DNA of 64,000 bases from Histomonas meleagridis 2922-C6/04-290x (Eukaryota; Protista; Parabasalia), in assembly GCA_020184695.1 (NCBI GenBank), contig JAANOX010000277.1, forward strand, positions 62,001 to 126,000, read 5' to 3'. The first letter of the stretch is position 1. Each line of letters opens with the position of its first letter. Shown piece after piece: positions 11,094-21,715 of this stretch. The notes beneath the pieces were generated by a model that was given only the letters and a program-made list of their open reading frames with translations, did not search any database and was not told the DNA's origin. The position numbers and the translations under genes were made by a program.

Positions 11094-11812
11094 ATAATAA
11101 AAATATGTTTATATTGTTTTAATATATATGAACTGAATCATCATTTAAAGATGAAATTTGAGAAATGAATTAATAATGAAACTCATTTATCGAACTAACT
11201 TAAATTTTATTTGTTAAAAAAATGTATATTCATTATTATTTGATCTGATTCAAAATTTATAACAACAGTTTAATAAGGATTTTTTTCACATCATTGGGAA
11301 AAAAATAAATTTCAATAATTGCAAATTAATGTATAAAAGAAAAAATAATCAAAATAATGTGTAACAAAGAAATATATATATTTTGATCAAAATGTTTGCA
11401 GACTGAGATTGCCATGAAAAACCTGTAAAAGGGTGAAAGAACTATGAACTTACAACTAAAAAAATTTACTCCTAACTTTAATCATTTGATGCTTTTTTAA
11501 TATACTATAGCATTAATCATCGATAACATTAAAAAATATATATTTATTTTTTCGATTTAAATTTGTAATTTTCCCAATACTCCTATTTTTCACACACATT
11601 AACATGGATCTTTTTCTCGATTTTCTTTTTATATTTGAAATAACTAATTTTTATGGAAATGTTAAAATATCTATTAGCAAACAAATTGTTTATTAATTTA
11701 TGAAATATTTTCATTTTCTTATTCTATTTATGCACACAAAATATATATAAAACATAAAGAATATTTAATATTAAATTTTTATTTATTTCTTCCACACACA
11801 AACACCAAATGT

Positions 11813-12475
11813 TTACTTTGATATCTTCTTGAAAAGTCTCGATCTTCCCTGCAAAAGTTCATATGGCGAGTCGAGATATTTAAACGGAGTAAAGTTACGT
11901 AATGGCGTTGGAATACAAATCATTGACTTTGGAAAACATTCCATCAACACGTGTTTTGACGGCAATAATTTGTGAACATAATTACAATTTTCTTTGTGAA
12001 TGCAAGCTTCTTCTTTGCAGATGGAAGAAGAAAGCCTATCTGTTGGAACAAAAGACGAGTGAACGATCCTCCCAGCATAAAATCGATTTTCTAAAGCAAT
12101 ATGAGCAGCCATTGCTTCATCACATTCAGCATATCGAACAAAAACATTGCCTTGTAAGTGAGGGCTTAAGTTTGATGCTACAAACATGTCTTCTACTTTC
12201 CCAAATTGCTGTAATTCAAGAAAAATATCCATAAAAAAGGCATCAAATGATTGTTGAAGTAGAGATTCGGGAAAACAGCATTCTCCTTGTGGAAGAAAAG
12301 ATGTGAAAAGAGTTGGGTTTGGGTAAAGATGATGGAATACAAGACAACGACTCATCGGAGATGTCATATGAAGAAATTGGCAAAATTTACCACGAGGGCA
12401 GCATCCAGTTTTTTCGAAAAATGGACAAATTGTTGGGTCTCGCTCTTTTTGTGTGTTTTCCTCTTTTGTTGCCAT
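11813..12475 (-). CDS. U2AF35/ZRSR2-like splicing factor (CCCH - UHM - CCCH)
   Basis: Seen: CPFFEKTGCCPRGKFCQFLH, FGKVEDMFVASNLSPHLQGNVFVRY, RFYAGR and a second CCCH; first ATG at 12475. Confidence 0.85.
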   Translation of the reverse strand: MATKEENTQKERDPTICPFFEKTGCCPRGKFCQFLHMTSPMSRCLVFHHLYPNPTLFTSFLPQGECCFPESLLQQSFDAFFMDIFLELQQFGKVEDMFVASNLSPHLQGNVFVRYAECDEAMAAHIALENRFYAGRIVHSSFVPTDRLSSSICKEEACIHKENCNYVHKLLPSKHVLMECFPKSMICIPTPLRNFTPFKYLDSPYELLQGRSRLFKKISK

Positions 12476-12823
12476 ACACCCAAAATTAAAAGTTCTTGTA
12501 AATAACCGTCGATGCCGTTTAACCGTTATCACATTGAATTTGATTACTCAAAAAGTTGTTCATTTAACGGTCGCTTTCACACAACATTTTTTGATGAATA
12601 AAAATTTCAAAATAGGATTTTAAAATTTTATATGCCATTTCATTAATCTTCTATTTTCTAGAATGTGTTTATGATTATGGAATTAGTTTATCATTGTTTT
12701 CCTCAAATATTTTATCAAACACACAATTCAAAACTCGTTTTATCATTATAATTTTGGAATCTTTATTAATATTTTCTTGTTGTTTTTGTTTAATTAACTC
12801 AATTACTGCTGCGGAAACATAAA

Positions 12824-15183
12824 TTATGCTTTAGTATTAATATAAAATTCTTCTTGTTCAAGAAGTAATTCAACTATTTCTCTATAACCTTTATAAGATG
12901 CTAACATAAGTGCTGTATCAAATAATTTAAATTATTTCCAAATATTATTTTGAAACATTAAATCATTAAAATAAATATTAAATAAAAGAAATAAATATCT
13001 TTAGCATTAATATCAATTCCTTTTTGTTCAAGAAGTAATTTAACTATTTCTAATTTACCATTGTAAGATGCCCAAATAAGTGCTGTTCGAAATATTTTAA
13101 ATAATTTCCAAATATTATTTTGAAATCAAAAATTATTAAAATAAACTTTAAATAAAACAAATAAATATCTTTAGTATTAATATCAATTCCTTCTTGTTCA
13201 AGAAGTAATTTAACTATTTCTATATAACCATATTTAGATGCATGCATAAGTGCTGTCATATATAATTTGAATAATTTCCAAATATTATTTTGAAATTTCA
13301 AATTATTAAAATAAATATCAAATAAAACAAATAAATATCTTGATCATTAATATCAATTCCTTCTTGTTCAAGAAGTAATTTAAATATTTTTGCTTTACCT
13401 ATAAGAGATGCAATTATAAGCGCTGTTCTAAATTATCCAGATAGTTTCCAAATATTATTTTGAAATCCAAAATTATAAAAATAAATATTAAATAAAACAA
13501 ATAAATATTTCTAGCATTAATATCAATTCCTCTTTGTTCAAGAAGTAATTTAACTATATTACTTTTCATTGCATGCATAAGTGCTGTCCAAAATATTTTG
13601 AATAATTTCCAAATATTATTTTGAAAAACCAATTTACTAAAATAAATATCAAATAAAACAAATAAATATTTCTAGCATTAATATCAATTCCTTCTTGTTC
13701 AAGAAGTAATTTAACTATTTCTGTATGATCATATTGAGATGCTTTTATAAGTGCTGTATCATATAACTTAAATAATTTCCAAATATTATTTTGAAATCCA
13801 AAATTATAAAAATAAATTTTAAATAAAACAAATAAATATTTTTAGCATTAATGTCAATTCCTTCTTGTTCAAGAAGTAATTTAACTATTTCTGTATGACC
13901 ATTTGAAGATGCTTTCATAAGTGCTGTCCAAAATAATTTAAATAATTTCCAAATATTATTTTGAAATTTCAAATTGTTAACACAAATTTCGAATAAAACT
14001 AATAAATATCTTTTACATTAATATCAATTCCTTCTTGCTTTAATATATATTGAACATGTTCTATATTTTCTGATCCTGCTGAAAAAACTAAAATATCTTT
14101 TGGGATAGGATTTTCTTTAATTAAATATTTTGTAAGAAATATATTTCCTTTTTTTGCTGATTTATTTATAATAGAATCATTGATTTTCATTCCTTCTTTG
14201 AGTAGAAATGATAAAATTTCATAATTATAAAACGAAATACATTTCTTTCCTAAGTGATTCAAATCGATTTCATTAATTTTATTTTCATAAAGGTATTTAA
14301 AGATATCATTTCGATGAAATTCAATTGCTGCTTCATATGCATCTTTAAATGTTGAATGGTTTTGCTCACATAAATGAATAATTTCTTCATTTCCACCTGC
14401 AATTGCATATTTACCTGTGTTTATTACATTTGCTCCATTCATAAGTAAATATTTAAAACATTTAACTGAAGAAAAAAATGCTGCACAATCAATTAATGTA
14501 ACATTTCTTTGATTAACAAATGAACATCTTTCATACATTAATCGTCCAATTGTTTGATTAAAATCAAAATCACTTTGTGATGATATTTCTTGGAGTTTTT
14601 CTATTTCATCATTTAGAATTATTTTCATAATTTCATTTGGATCATGTCCTTCATTAATTAACTTCTTATGAAGTTCCCAATCATTCTTTTTAAGATTAAT
14701 TATATCTAAGTCAGCAATCAATTTTTTATCATACGAATCAAACAATTTAATTAATTCTTCATCTTTTTTGTAATGCATAAAATAAAGTGATTCATTTTTT
14801 TTAATAATTTTTTGATCAATTATTTTTTGCTCTATCATACAGTCTAAAAAATAATATGATTCACTCAAAAATTTAATATTCTTATTAATCAAATGTATAA
14901 ATACATCCAAAATCTTTGAATTACAATGAATGTTTTTTTCATATTCTTCAATTTTCTTTATAAAATCTAAACATATGTTGACATCACACTTTTTAATAGC
15001 AACCAATAAGAGTATCATTTGGCTAATAATTTGATTAAAAGAGTAAGAGTAATTTGAATCGAATATATCAATGATTGATTGTACTGATTGCGAAACATTA
15101 TCATGACTTAAACCAAAAATTACTTGTTTAATTAATTGAGATTTTTCCCATTCATTTGTATTAACATTTTTAGGAAATTGCAT
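12824..15183 (-). CDS. DUF3447-ankyrin gene copy 2: N-terminal ORF plus 7 ankyrin repeats, open only after deleting 28 x 17-nt inserts
   Basis: Seen: ORF 13999-15210 (ATG 15183) ends GIDINVKD-IY-stop. Seven repeats follow at a 170-nt period (one 161 nt, an in-frame 9-nt loss). Linkers are all 80 nt: 13928-14007, 13758-13837, 13588-13667, 13427-13506, 13257-13336, 13087-13166, 12917-12996. The processed product is inferred. Confidence 0.8.
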
Positions 15184-15555
15184 GACCAACACAATGGGAT
15201 CAACGAACAATTACTGAACGATATCTATCAAAAAGCTGCATTTTGTGAATCTTATATTGACACTTTTTGTCATTTATTGAACAAATAATAATTCAAATAG
15301 CATAAATAAAGCATACAAATGTTAATTGTATGCATAAATGGTTGGATAGAGTTCCACATAATACCGATCAATAAAGTATTTATTACGACTTTTTGAGAAT
15401 TTTACACATAATTGAATACTAAGTAATTTGTGAATTTCAACCTTTAAAACAGCTTTAGTTTTTGGTGTGTTTATAAACAAGTCATGTAGTCAATGTGCTT
15501 AAGCAGTGTTACATGTAAAATAAAAGGTTTTTGAAGAAAAGTTTATTAGAACTTT

Positions 15556-16311
15556 TTACTTGGCTTCTTCTGCCTTAGCTTCTTCCTCGACTGGGCGGGC
15601 GACTTCAGCAGCCTTTGTAATTGCACGACCTTGGTGGAGCTTCTTGAGCTCTTCGCCAGAGAATGTTGGTGCCTTGATAACTTTGATCTTTGTTACATAG
15701 ACATTATCAACTTGCATGATTGTCTTGCATTTTTCAACAATTGCCTTTTCGATTGTCTCGTTGACAATTGTGTTGCAGAGTTCTGGAATTGTGGACTTTT
15801 CAATTGTCTCTTTCATGATGGCAATGCAAGCATCTCTGATTTCACGCTTCTTGGATTGTTGAGCATAGCATGCTTTCTTGTTTGGATTTAATTTCTTAGT
15901 GAAGCCAATGCTGAAGGCACGGAGAATGTAACCATCGGCTGTACGAACATCAACTTGAGCATTGATGAGTGTGCGATACTTACGGAGGAGGGAAGAAAGC
16001 TTGTCGTTTGTAAGTCTCATTCCTGCGAAAACAGTTAAGACATCATTGTTTTGAACATCAACTGATTTCCAGCTGAAGAGACGGTATGCGTGTGATTGTT
16101 CATCAACGAGATCACCGTGTGAAAGTTCGAAAACACGGTTGTTGAGGTAATCTGCTGGTGTTTTACCACGAGCACATTTGTGTGAGACTGTGAAGCCAAT
16201 ATCACGTTTCGAGAAGAAACCTGGAACGAAAACGTGACGCCATTCCTTCTTTAAGAAAGTATCTTGCTTGATTTTCTTTGAGGCCTTGCCCTTTTGCTGA
16301 GCTTTACCCAT
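15556..16311 (-). CDS. RPS3A: 40S ribosomal protein S3a (eS1)
   Basis: Seen: DTFLKKEW, RVFELSHGDL, VDVRTADGYILRAF, IKVIKAP; a CCTTT (M5-like) motif just upstream of the ATG. Confidence 0.97.
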   Translation of the reverse strand: MGKAQQKGKASKKIKQDTFLKKEWRHVFVPGFFSKRDIGFTVSHKCARGKTPADYLNNRVFELSHGDLVDEQSHAYRLFSWKSVDVQNNDVLTVFAGMRLTNDKLSSLLRKYRTLINAQVDVRTADGYILRAFSIGFTKKLNPNKKACYAQQSKKREIRDACIAIMKETIEKSTIPELCNTIVNETIEKAIVEKCKTIMQVDNVYVTKIKVIKAPTFSGEELKKLHQGRAITKAAEVARPVEEEAKAEEAK

Positions 16312-16687
16312 TTCCCAAAAGGAGCGACCACAACCGCTTTTCAGGTATCAAAACCGTTTTGGGGCGCCCTTAAACCAACATTTTTGTATGAAACAAAAAA
16401 ATCATCTTAACATTAATTTTAAAAAATAATTGATATAGAATATATTCATCTGCATGCTATATAACACGTTATGTTATAATATTATTTTTATATTTTTAAA
16501 AATTAATGATTTACATATGCAATGAAATTTTGTTAATTTTTATCTGTTTTAAAAACACACTAGATAAATAGACATTGTTTATATTTTAATTTTTTATTCA
16601 AATGATTTTGATTTGGATGAATATGTGATCTTGACTGTAAATCAATTTGAATGAAATCAACGTTCGTTTAGAATTGTCTGGAATTTA

Positions 16688-17905
16688 ATGTCTGTAAGTG
16701 GATTTAAGTCAATGCCTTTTAAACGTTCTGCCACAGATAGAATGGGAATGAACTATATGCAGAGGGGAACCGAAGAAGATATGGAAGAAACTGATATTGA
16801 TATTTATGAAAATAATTCAAGTTTTTCATCTAAACCAGTTAGAGTCCCAATAACTTCTACACATGCACCACAATTAGAGTCGCCAATTACATTATTTAAG
16901 AGGATTATTAATCGAGAAAAATCGATATATGTTAATAATATCCGTTACAATCGCCTTGAAATGATTGGATCAGGTTCTGAATCCAAAATATACAAAGTGT
17001 TTGACAGCAATGGTAATTTTTATGCTTTAAAAGTAGTTAATTATGAAGACAACCCCTCAATTCTTGAAAACTATCAAAACGAAATTGAACTTTTACAAGA
17101 CCTTCAGGACGACGATCGTATTATCAACATTATCGACAGTGAAATCAATACAGAAGATAATTTGATATTAATTGTTCTCGAGCTTGGTGATGCAGATCTC
17201 CGTAGCATAATTTCTAGTCAAGAGCGGCTTACGCCAAACTATCTCCGGTATACATGGCAACAAATGCTTGAAGCTGTTCAAACTATCCATGAAAATAAGA
17301 TCATCCATGGAAATCTTAAGCCATCAAACTTCCTTATGGTAAAGCGTACGCTCAAGCTTATTGATTTTGGCTTTGCCAAAGTCATTCAAGGGGATGCCAC
17401 AAGTACCGAATTCTATCAACAAAGCAACAGTTTTCAATACAAAGCACCAGAATCATTTTCAGATTGGAAACACCCTGTAAAACTTAGTACATCCGCTGAT
17501 GTATGGAGTATTGGATGTATCCTTTATGAACTTGCATATGGTCGACCACCTTTTTCATCATCTATTAATCTTGGCGACAAAATTGTTATAAAGTTCGATG
17601 TACTTAAAGATTTTCCTGATTTCGAATTATTAAAAAATGTAATGCAAAAGTGCCTTCAGCCTAATCCTAAGCTAAGGCCAACCATTGAAGAGTTGCTTTG
17701 TCATCCATATATACAGCAGCCTTCGACTTCATTTGTTTCAAGATCACTTTCCATAGCGGATAATTTGGGAGGATTGGCAAAACAAATACAACAAAAGTAT
17801 AGCGATCGAGAATTTAATAGCGAAGCAGGACATAAAATTATAAGGAGAATGGCAAGAGAGCTAACTGATGGGCGACAAATGATGATATCAAATCCGAAAA
17901 TATAA
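16688..17905 (+). CDS. Mps1/TTK-like protein kinase, catalytic Asp replaced by Asn
   Basis: Seen: YALK, NEIELL..L, LRYTWQQMLEAVQTIHE, HGNLKPSNFL, KLIDFG, DVWSIGCILYELAYGRPPF. Confidence 0.85.
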   Translation: MSVSGFKSMPFKRSATDRMGMNYMQRGTEEDMEETDIDIYENNSSFSSKPVRVPITSTHAPQLESPITLFKRIINREKSIYVNNIRYNRLEMIGSGSESKIYKVFDSNGNFYALKVVNYEDNPSILENYQNEIELLQDLQDDDRIINIIDSEINTEDNLILIVLELGDADLRSIISSQERLTPNYLRYTWQQMLEAVQTIHENKIIHGNLKPSNFLMVKRTLKLIDFGFAKVIQGDATSTEFYQQSNSFQYKAPESFSDWKHPVKLSTSADVWSIGCILYELAYGRPPFSSSINLGDKIVIKFDVLKDFPDFELLKNVMQKCLQPNPKLRPTIEELLCHPYIQQPSTSFVSRSLSIADNLGGLAKQIQQKYSDREFNSEAGHKIIRRMARELTDGRQMMISNPKI

Positions 17906-18732
17906 TAAATGTTTAGATTATATATTTTAATTCTTTTCTTATATTCATATGAATCTTTCGATTTTTTATTTTCTGTTTTCTGTAATATTTCGATAAAACA
18001 CTTGAAATATTATTGTACTTAAGTGATTCTTATATATTATAAAATAATTTTTTTGAGGATATTTTTTTTTTTAATGAATAACTAAATGTAGACATTTTTT
18101 ATAACTGACTATGAAGGAAAAATTACAATTTATAGAAATATCAAGTTTGCTTATGATTTTATTATTCTTTTGAAAAGAAGTAATCTTGCATGCAAGAGAT
18201 TATAGATATGAATATAAAATAATTTCTTTCTAACATTGTACGAGTACTTTAAGTGATAAGGAAAATTGCTAAAACATATGTTATAGCGGATGAAAATTAA
18301 AAAATGTAATTTAGTTTTACTCAATTTCAATTTTCCAAAGATACTATCTTTGTTTTCCCTTTATGGAAGAGCTTGTAAATAAATATATCATTGATGTAGG
18401 TTTTGTTTTCTCATAATTTGCAAATGATATTTTAAAAGTTTCATATTATTTGTTCACAAATGAATGCGAATTATATGGAAGTCAATTTGATATATTTTTT
18501 ATAAAATACTTGGAAAAATTGAAAAATTATGAATAAAATTTCGTTTACTTATTTACCCAAAATGTTTTAGGCACTTTTCGATGATACTATGTATGGAATT
18601 TTTGCGGACAAAATTTACAAAAATTTACATTTGATCGATATAATTTCTGCTGTTTCAAATGAGTTATTTTTTATAACAAAACGCAACGAAATTACCACAA
18701 AACAAACAAATATTTATTTATTTCAAACACTT

Positions 18733-21660
18733 TCACTTGCCGATGAAGTCGTAATTTTTAATTGGCGCCTGTTGTGCCAACGAATTTTCGACCAAGTCCA
18801 AGTCCAAACTAAACGCGAGGGAAGACTTTAAGTCTGGTTCCAAATGCTTTGCGGAGCTTATCAAGAACGTTCTATACTTATACAGCTTGTTCACCAGGTA
18901 CACGAAGCCAACGATGTCTACGACGATTTCCTGAATGGAAACGGGCGATTTCTCATCGATGCTTTCGAGGAGTCCTCCGAGGAATCGCGATGCGACTTCT
19001 TGCTCATCCTTTAATCGCAAAATGTTTGGGAATGTTATCGATATGTACGCGATTAGTTTCGTTGCGTCATGATCAATTAGGTCCAAACTTGAACAAAACG
19101 CTTGCTTTAATACGTCGATTGAAGCGTATTCCAAAAGTTTTTTTAATGTTTCGAGCGCTAATAAGTTTAAATTGTTTTTCATTGTTTCGACAAAGAATTT
19201 ATATGATATGTTTGGTGGTAATTGTGATATAAATCGTGCAAAATGCGTGCTGACGTTTTTAAGGGATTTAATGGGAGAATGTAAATCAAATAATGGTCGG
19301 ACTAAATCATTAACTATCATATTATTATCTTCTTGTCGAACTAATATTGAAACAACTGAAAATGTTAACGCATGAAGAAATTGTGATTGATATTCTTTAG
19401 TAACAATATTAGGATATTGATATAAAGGCATATCTAACTCAGCTAAAAGTTGAATAATATCATATATTTGCGTTTCATTATAAGGCTTATAATATTCTTC
19501 CGAATCAGGTAACATTTGCGTGATTTGATCAAATTTTTTCCTGATTTGAGAAGGTGTGATTGAGTGATTTCCCTCTAAAAAAGTGACAATCCAATGTAAT
19601 GGTGTTTTATCATCTTTAATTAATGGTTCTATCATTGCATCCAGAAGTCTTAAGCTTAAATCAATATGATTATTGATTATCAAATATTTAAATAAGTGCT
19701 GAGCAGTTGGTAAAGTAATTTTAGAAATGGTTATGCCAAATTTTATTTTTGAGTAGTTTACAAGTGTTTTGTTCTGTAAAAGTTTTATCGTACATGAAGT
19801 GATTGCTTCAGCAAAATTTGTAATTGTTAAAAGATTCGAAGAAGCGAAAACTCTTATATAAATATGTAAATTTTCGGGAGGAACACTTTTTATTAGGTAA
19901 TCGAACGAAACCTTATTTTTATAAAAAGTACTTAACATTTTTAATATGTTTAATGACGTTTCATTATAATCGATATTTAAAGTATAATTTATATTTGTTA
20001 TAGCGAAGTTTGGTTTATTTTGATATATGAAAGGTAACTTATTCATTAACATAACAATTAATTCTTTAGCTTGATTCGATTTATTAGGCTCGAAGAAAGC
20101 GCACGTGTTTTGTAAGTTCTCTATGAATTCTAATATTATAAATATATCTTTACATGTTGTTAACTTTTCGCGAATGTTTTTCGATATAACTCCATTTCGT
20201 GTTTTTAATAACTTCGATATTATAACGCGCGAATAGAACTCAATTTCGCGATTCTTTAAACATTCCAACAAAAAAGGTATTAAATTCTTATGGAATGATA
20301 ATCCGCAAATGATATGTATTCCTTTATCTATCATCCAACTTAAAACAGCTTTTAATACATTTAAGTCATTAATGTTCATATATTTCTTCATAAAGAATTT
20401 ATAATTCGTCGGCATTATTGTGGCTACAATAGAAGTTAATGTGTCAATAACTCGTTCAGGAATTCCTTCTTCGCCAAAGAATCGTTTATAATTACTAAAG
20501 ATTAAAAACACAAATTGTTGGAAAAATGGAAAATCAAACATAGCTAAGTTCACTGGTTGTAATGCGTTTTCTTTTGAAGCTTCAAGGATTAAAGTGAATT
20601 TGGTATTCGTTGGTTGATCTATGAAATGCATTAATCGTAATTTTAATGGTAAGTTATAAATTTCTTTATCTTTTTGTTCGATTTTAAAGTATTTATATAA
20701 ATAAAATGGTACTAACTCAATAAAGTCATCAAGTTCATGATCTAATGTTACATCTATGATTCGATATTGATTATCAATGATTTGTCGTGCTTCTTCTGTG
20801 GATAAATTACTCCCAACTAATGAGTTTGGAATTAATAAACTATATAGATTCGAATTACTTGGAATGTTACTAATAATGGCATAGATTAGAAATGGGGAAT
20901 AATATGGTAAATCTAAAAGATCTAAACAAAGTTTTTGTCCATCGATTTTGTTGTTTAAACTAAAGATAAAAACATACCGAAAAATAACAGAAAAGATAAA
21001 CATAAGTTGAGTATGTTTGGCAACACGATTTTGGTTGTATTTCTTGATTAATTTGAGAATGGCTAATGTGATAAAATTTTGATTTTGAACTGATAGGTCA
21101 ATGATTTTAAACATACGGGTGGAGGCATGATTTAATATAAACTTTTCATATTGTGTTATGATCATTTTGGACATCATTTGATTATCAACTATCTCATATA
21201 AAAACATAGGGCGCTCGGAAATGTCACTAATGATCGGATTAACTGTATGCGATGGACCTAAAAGATATGAGGAATAAAAAGAAGAAGGAAACATGAAATT
21301 GGATAATGTCATAATACGAAAAAAATAATTTCGATAATAATGACCTGAACTAAGTTCGGAGTGGCGTGAATTCCAATTAAGAAAATGTGATCCAAAAAAA
21401 AGAATTAACGGTGGAACTTTCATTTCAATAAGTCTTGATAAATGATAAGCTTTGCTGATTTGTGTAGAATCCGAATTGTCAGCATTAGCATTGTTACTTA
21501 TCCAAAACCCTAAAAAGGCAAATACTGGAACAATTTGAGATGTGGTTGATTCATTAATTAAACTTGCAATAGAATCAAAATCTGTTTCACTTGTGTTAAG
21601 AAATCGTACAACTCGATCAAAAAGAACATTAGATGGCTTTAAATTAAGTGTTGATTTCAT
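18733..21660 (-). CDS. Large hypothetical, probably alpha-helical protein
   Basis: Seen: uninterrupted 975-aa ATG-started ORF; no family recognised with confidence. Confidence 0.8.
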   Translation of the reverse strand: MKSTLNLKPSNVLFDRVVRFLNTSETDFDSIASLINESTTSQIVPVFAFLGFWISNNANADNSDSTQISKAYHLSRLIEMKVPPLILFFGSHFLNWNSRHSELSSGHYYRNYFFRIMTLSNFMFPSSFYSSYLLGPSHTVNPIISDISERPMFLYEIVDNQMMSKMIITQYEKFILNHASTRMFKIIDLSVQNQNFITLAILKLIKKYNQNRVAKHTQLMFIFSVIFRYVFIFSLNNKIDGQKLCLDLLDLPYYSPFLIYAIISNIPSNSNLYSLLIPNSLVGSNLSTEEARQIIDNQYRIIDVTLDHELDDFIELVPFYLYKYFKIEQKDKEIYNLPLKLRLMHFIDQPTNTKFTLILEASKENALQPVNLAMFDFPFFQQFVFLIFSNYKRFFGEEGIPERVIDTLTSIVATIMPTNYKFFMKKYMNINDLNVLKAVLSWMIDKGIHIICGLSFHKNLIPFLLECLKNREIEFYSRVIISKLLKTRNGVISKNIREKLTTCKDIFIILEFIENLQNTCAFFEPNKSNQAKELIVMLMNKLPFIYQNKPNFAITNINYTLNIDYNETSLNILKMLSTFYKNKVSFDYLIKSVPPENLHIYIRVFASSNLLTITNFAEAITSCTIKLLQNKTLVNYSKIKFGITISKITLPTAQHLFKYLIINNHIDLSLRLLDAMIEPLIKDDKTPLHWIVTFLEGNHSITPSQIRKKFDQITQMLPDSEEYYKPYNETQIYDIIQLLAELDMPLYQYPNIVTKEYQSQFLHALTFSVVSILVRQEDNNMIVNDLVRPLFDLHSPIKSLKNVSTHFARFISQLPPNISYKFFVETMKNNLNLLALETLKKLLEYASIDVLKQAFCSSLDLIDHDATKLIAYISITFPNILRLKDEQEVASRFLGGLLESIDEKSPVSIQEIVVDIVGFVYLVNKLYKYRTFLISSAKHLEPDLKSSLAFSLDLDLVENSLAQQAPIKNYDFIGK

Positions 21661-21715
21661 CTAATTTTTTCATATGCCAAAAAAATTGAATAATTATAAA
21701 TTTGTCACTTAACAA

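Noticed and set aside
12917-14007. Linkers as ordinary GT-AG or AT-AC introns (GT at linker position 9; AC/AG inside ACA GCA)
   Set aside because: GT is missing in several copies, and one repeat starts TCA CCA with no ACAG. The GT-AG and AT-AC pairings I tested break the frame, and the in-frame AT-AG option deletes the conserved D and T.
12917-14007. Single -1 ribosomal frameshift per linker (80 mod 3 = 2)
   Set aside because: The downstream frame has stops inside 3 of 7 linkers, about 27 hydrophobic residues would be inserted in each hairpin, and 63-nt linkers need a different shift.
12917-14007. Classical matched-codon translational bypass (T4 gene 60 / byp type)
   Set aside because: The codon before each insert does not match the last triplet of the insert (mostly TTT). 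Unmatched bypass is not excluded.
18589-19375. Plus-strand ORFs overlapping the 975-aa gene, and similar antisense ORFs over eIF5B, AIR9 and TBL1
   Set aside because: Shadow ORFs with no recognisable motifs.
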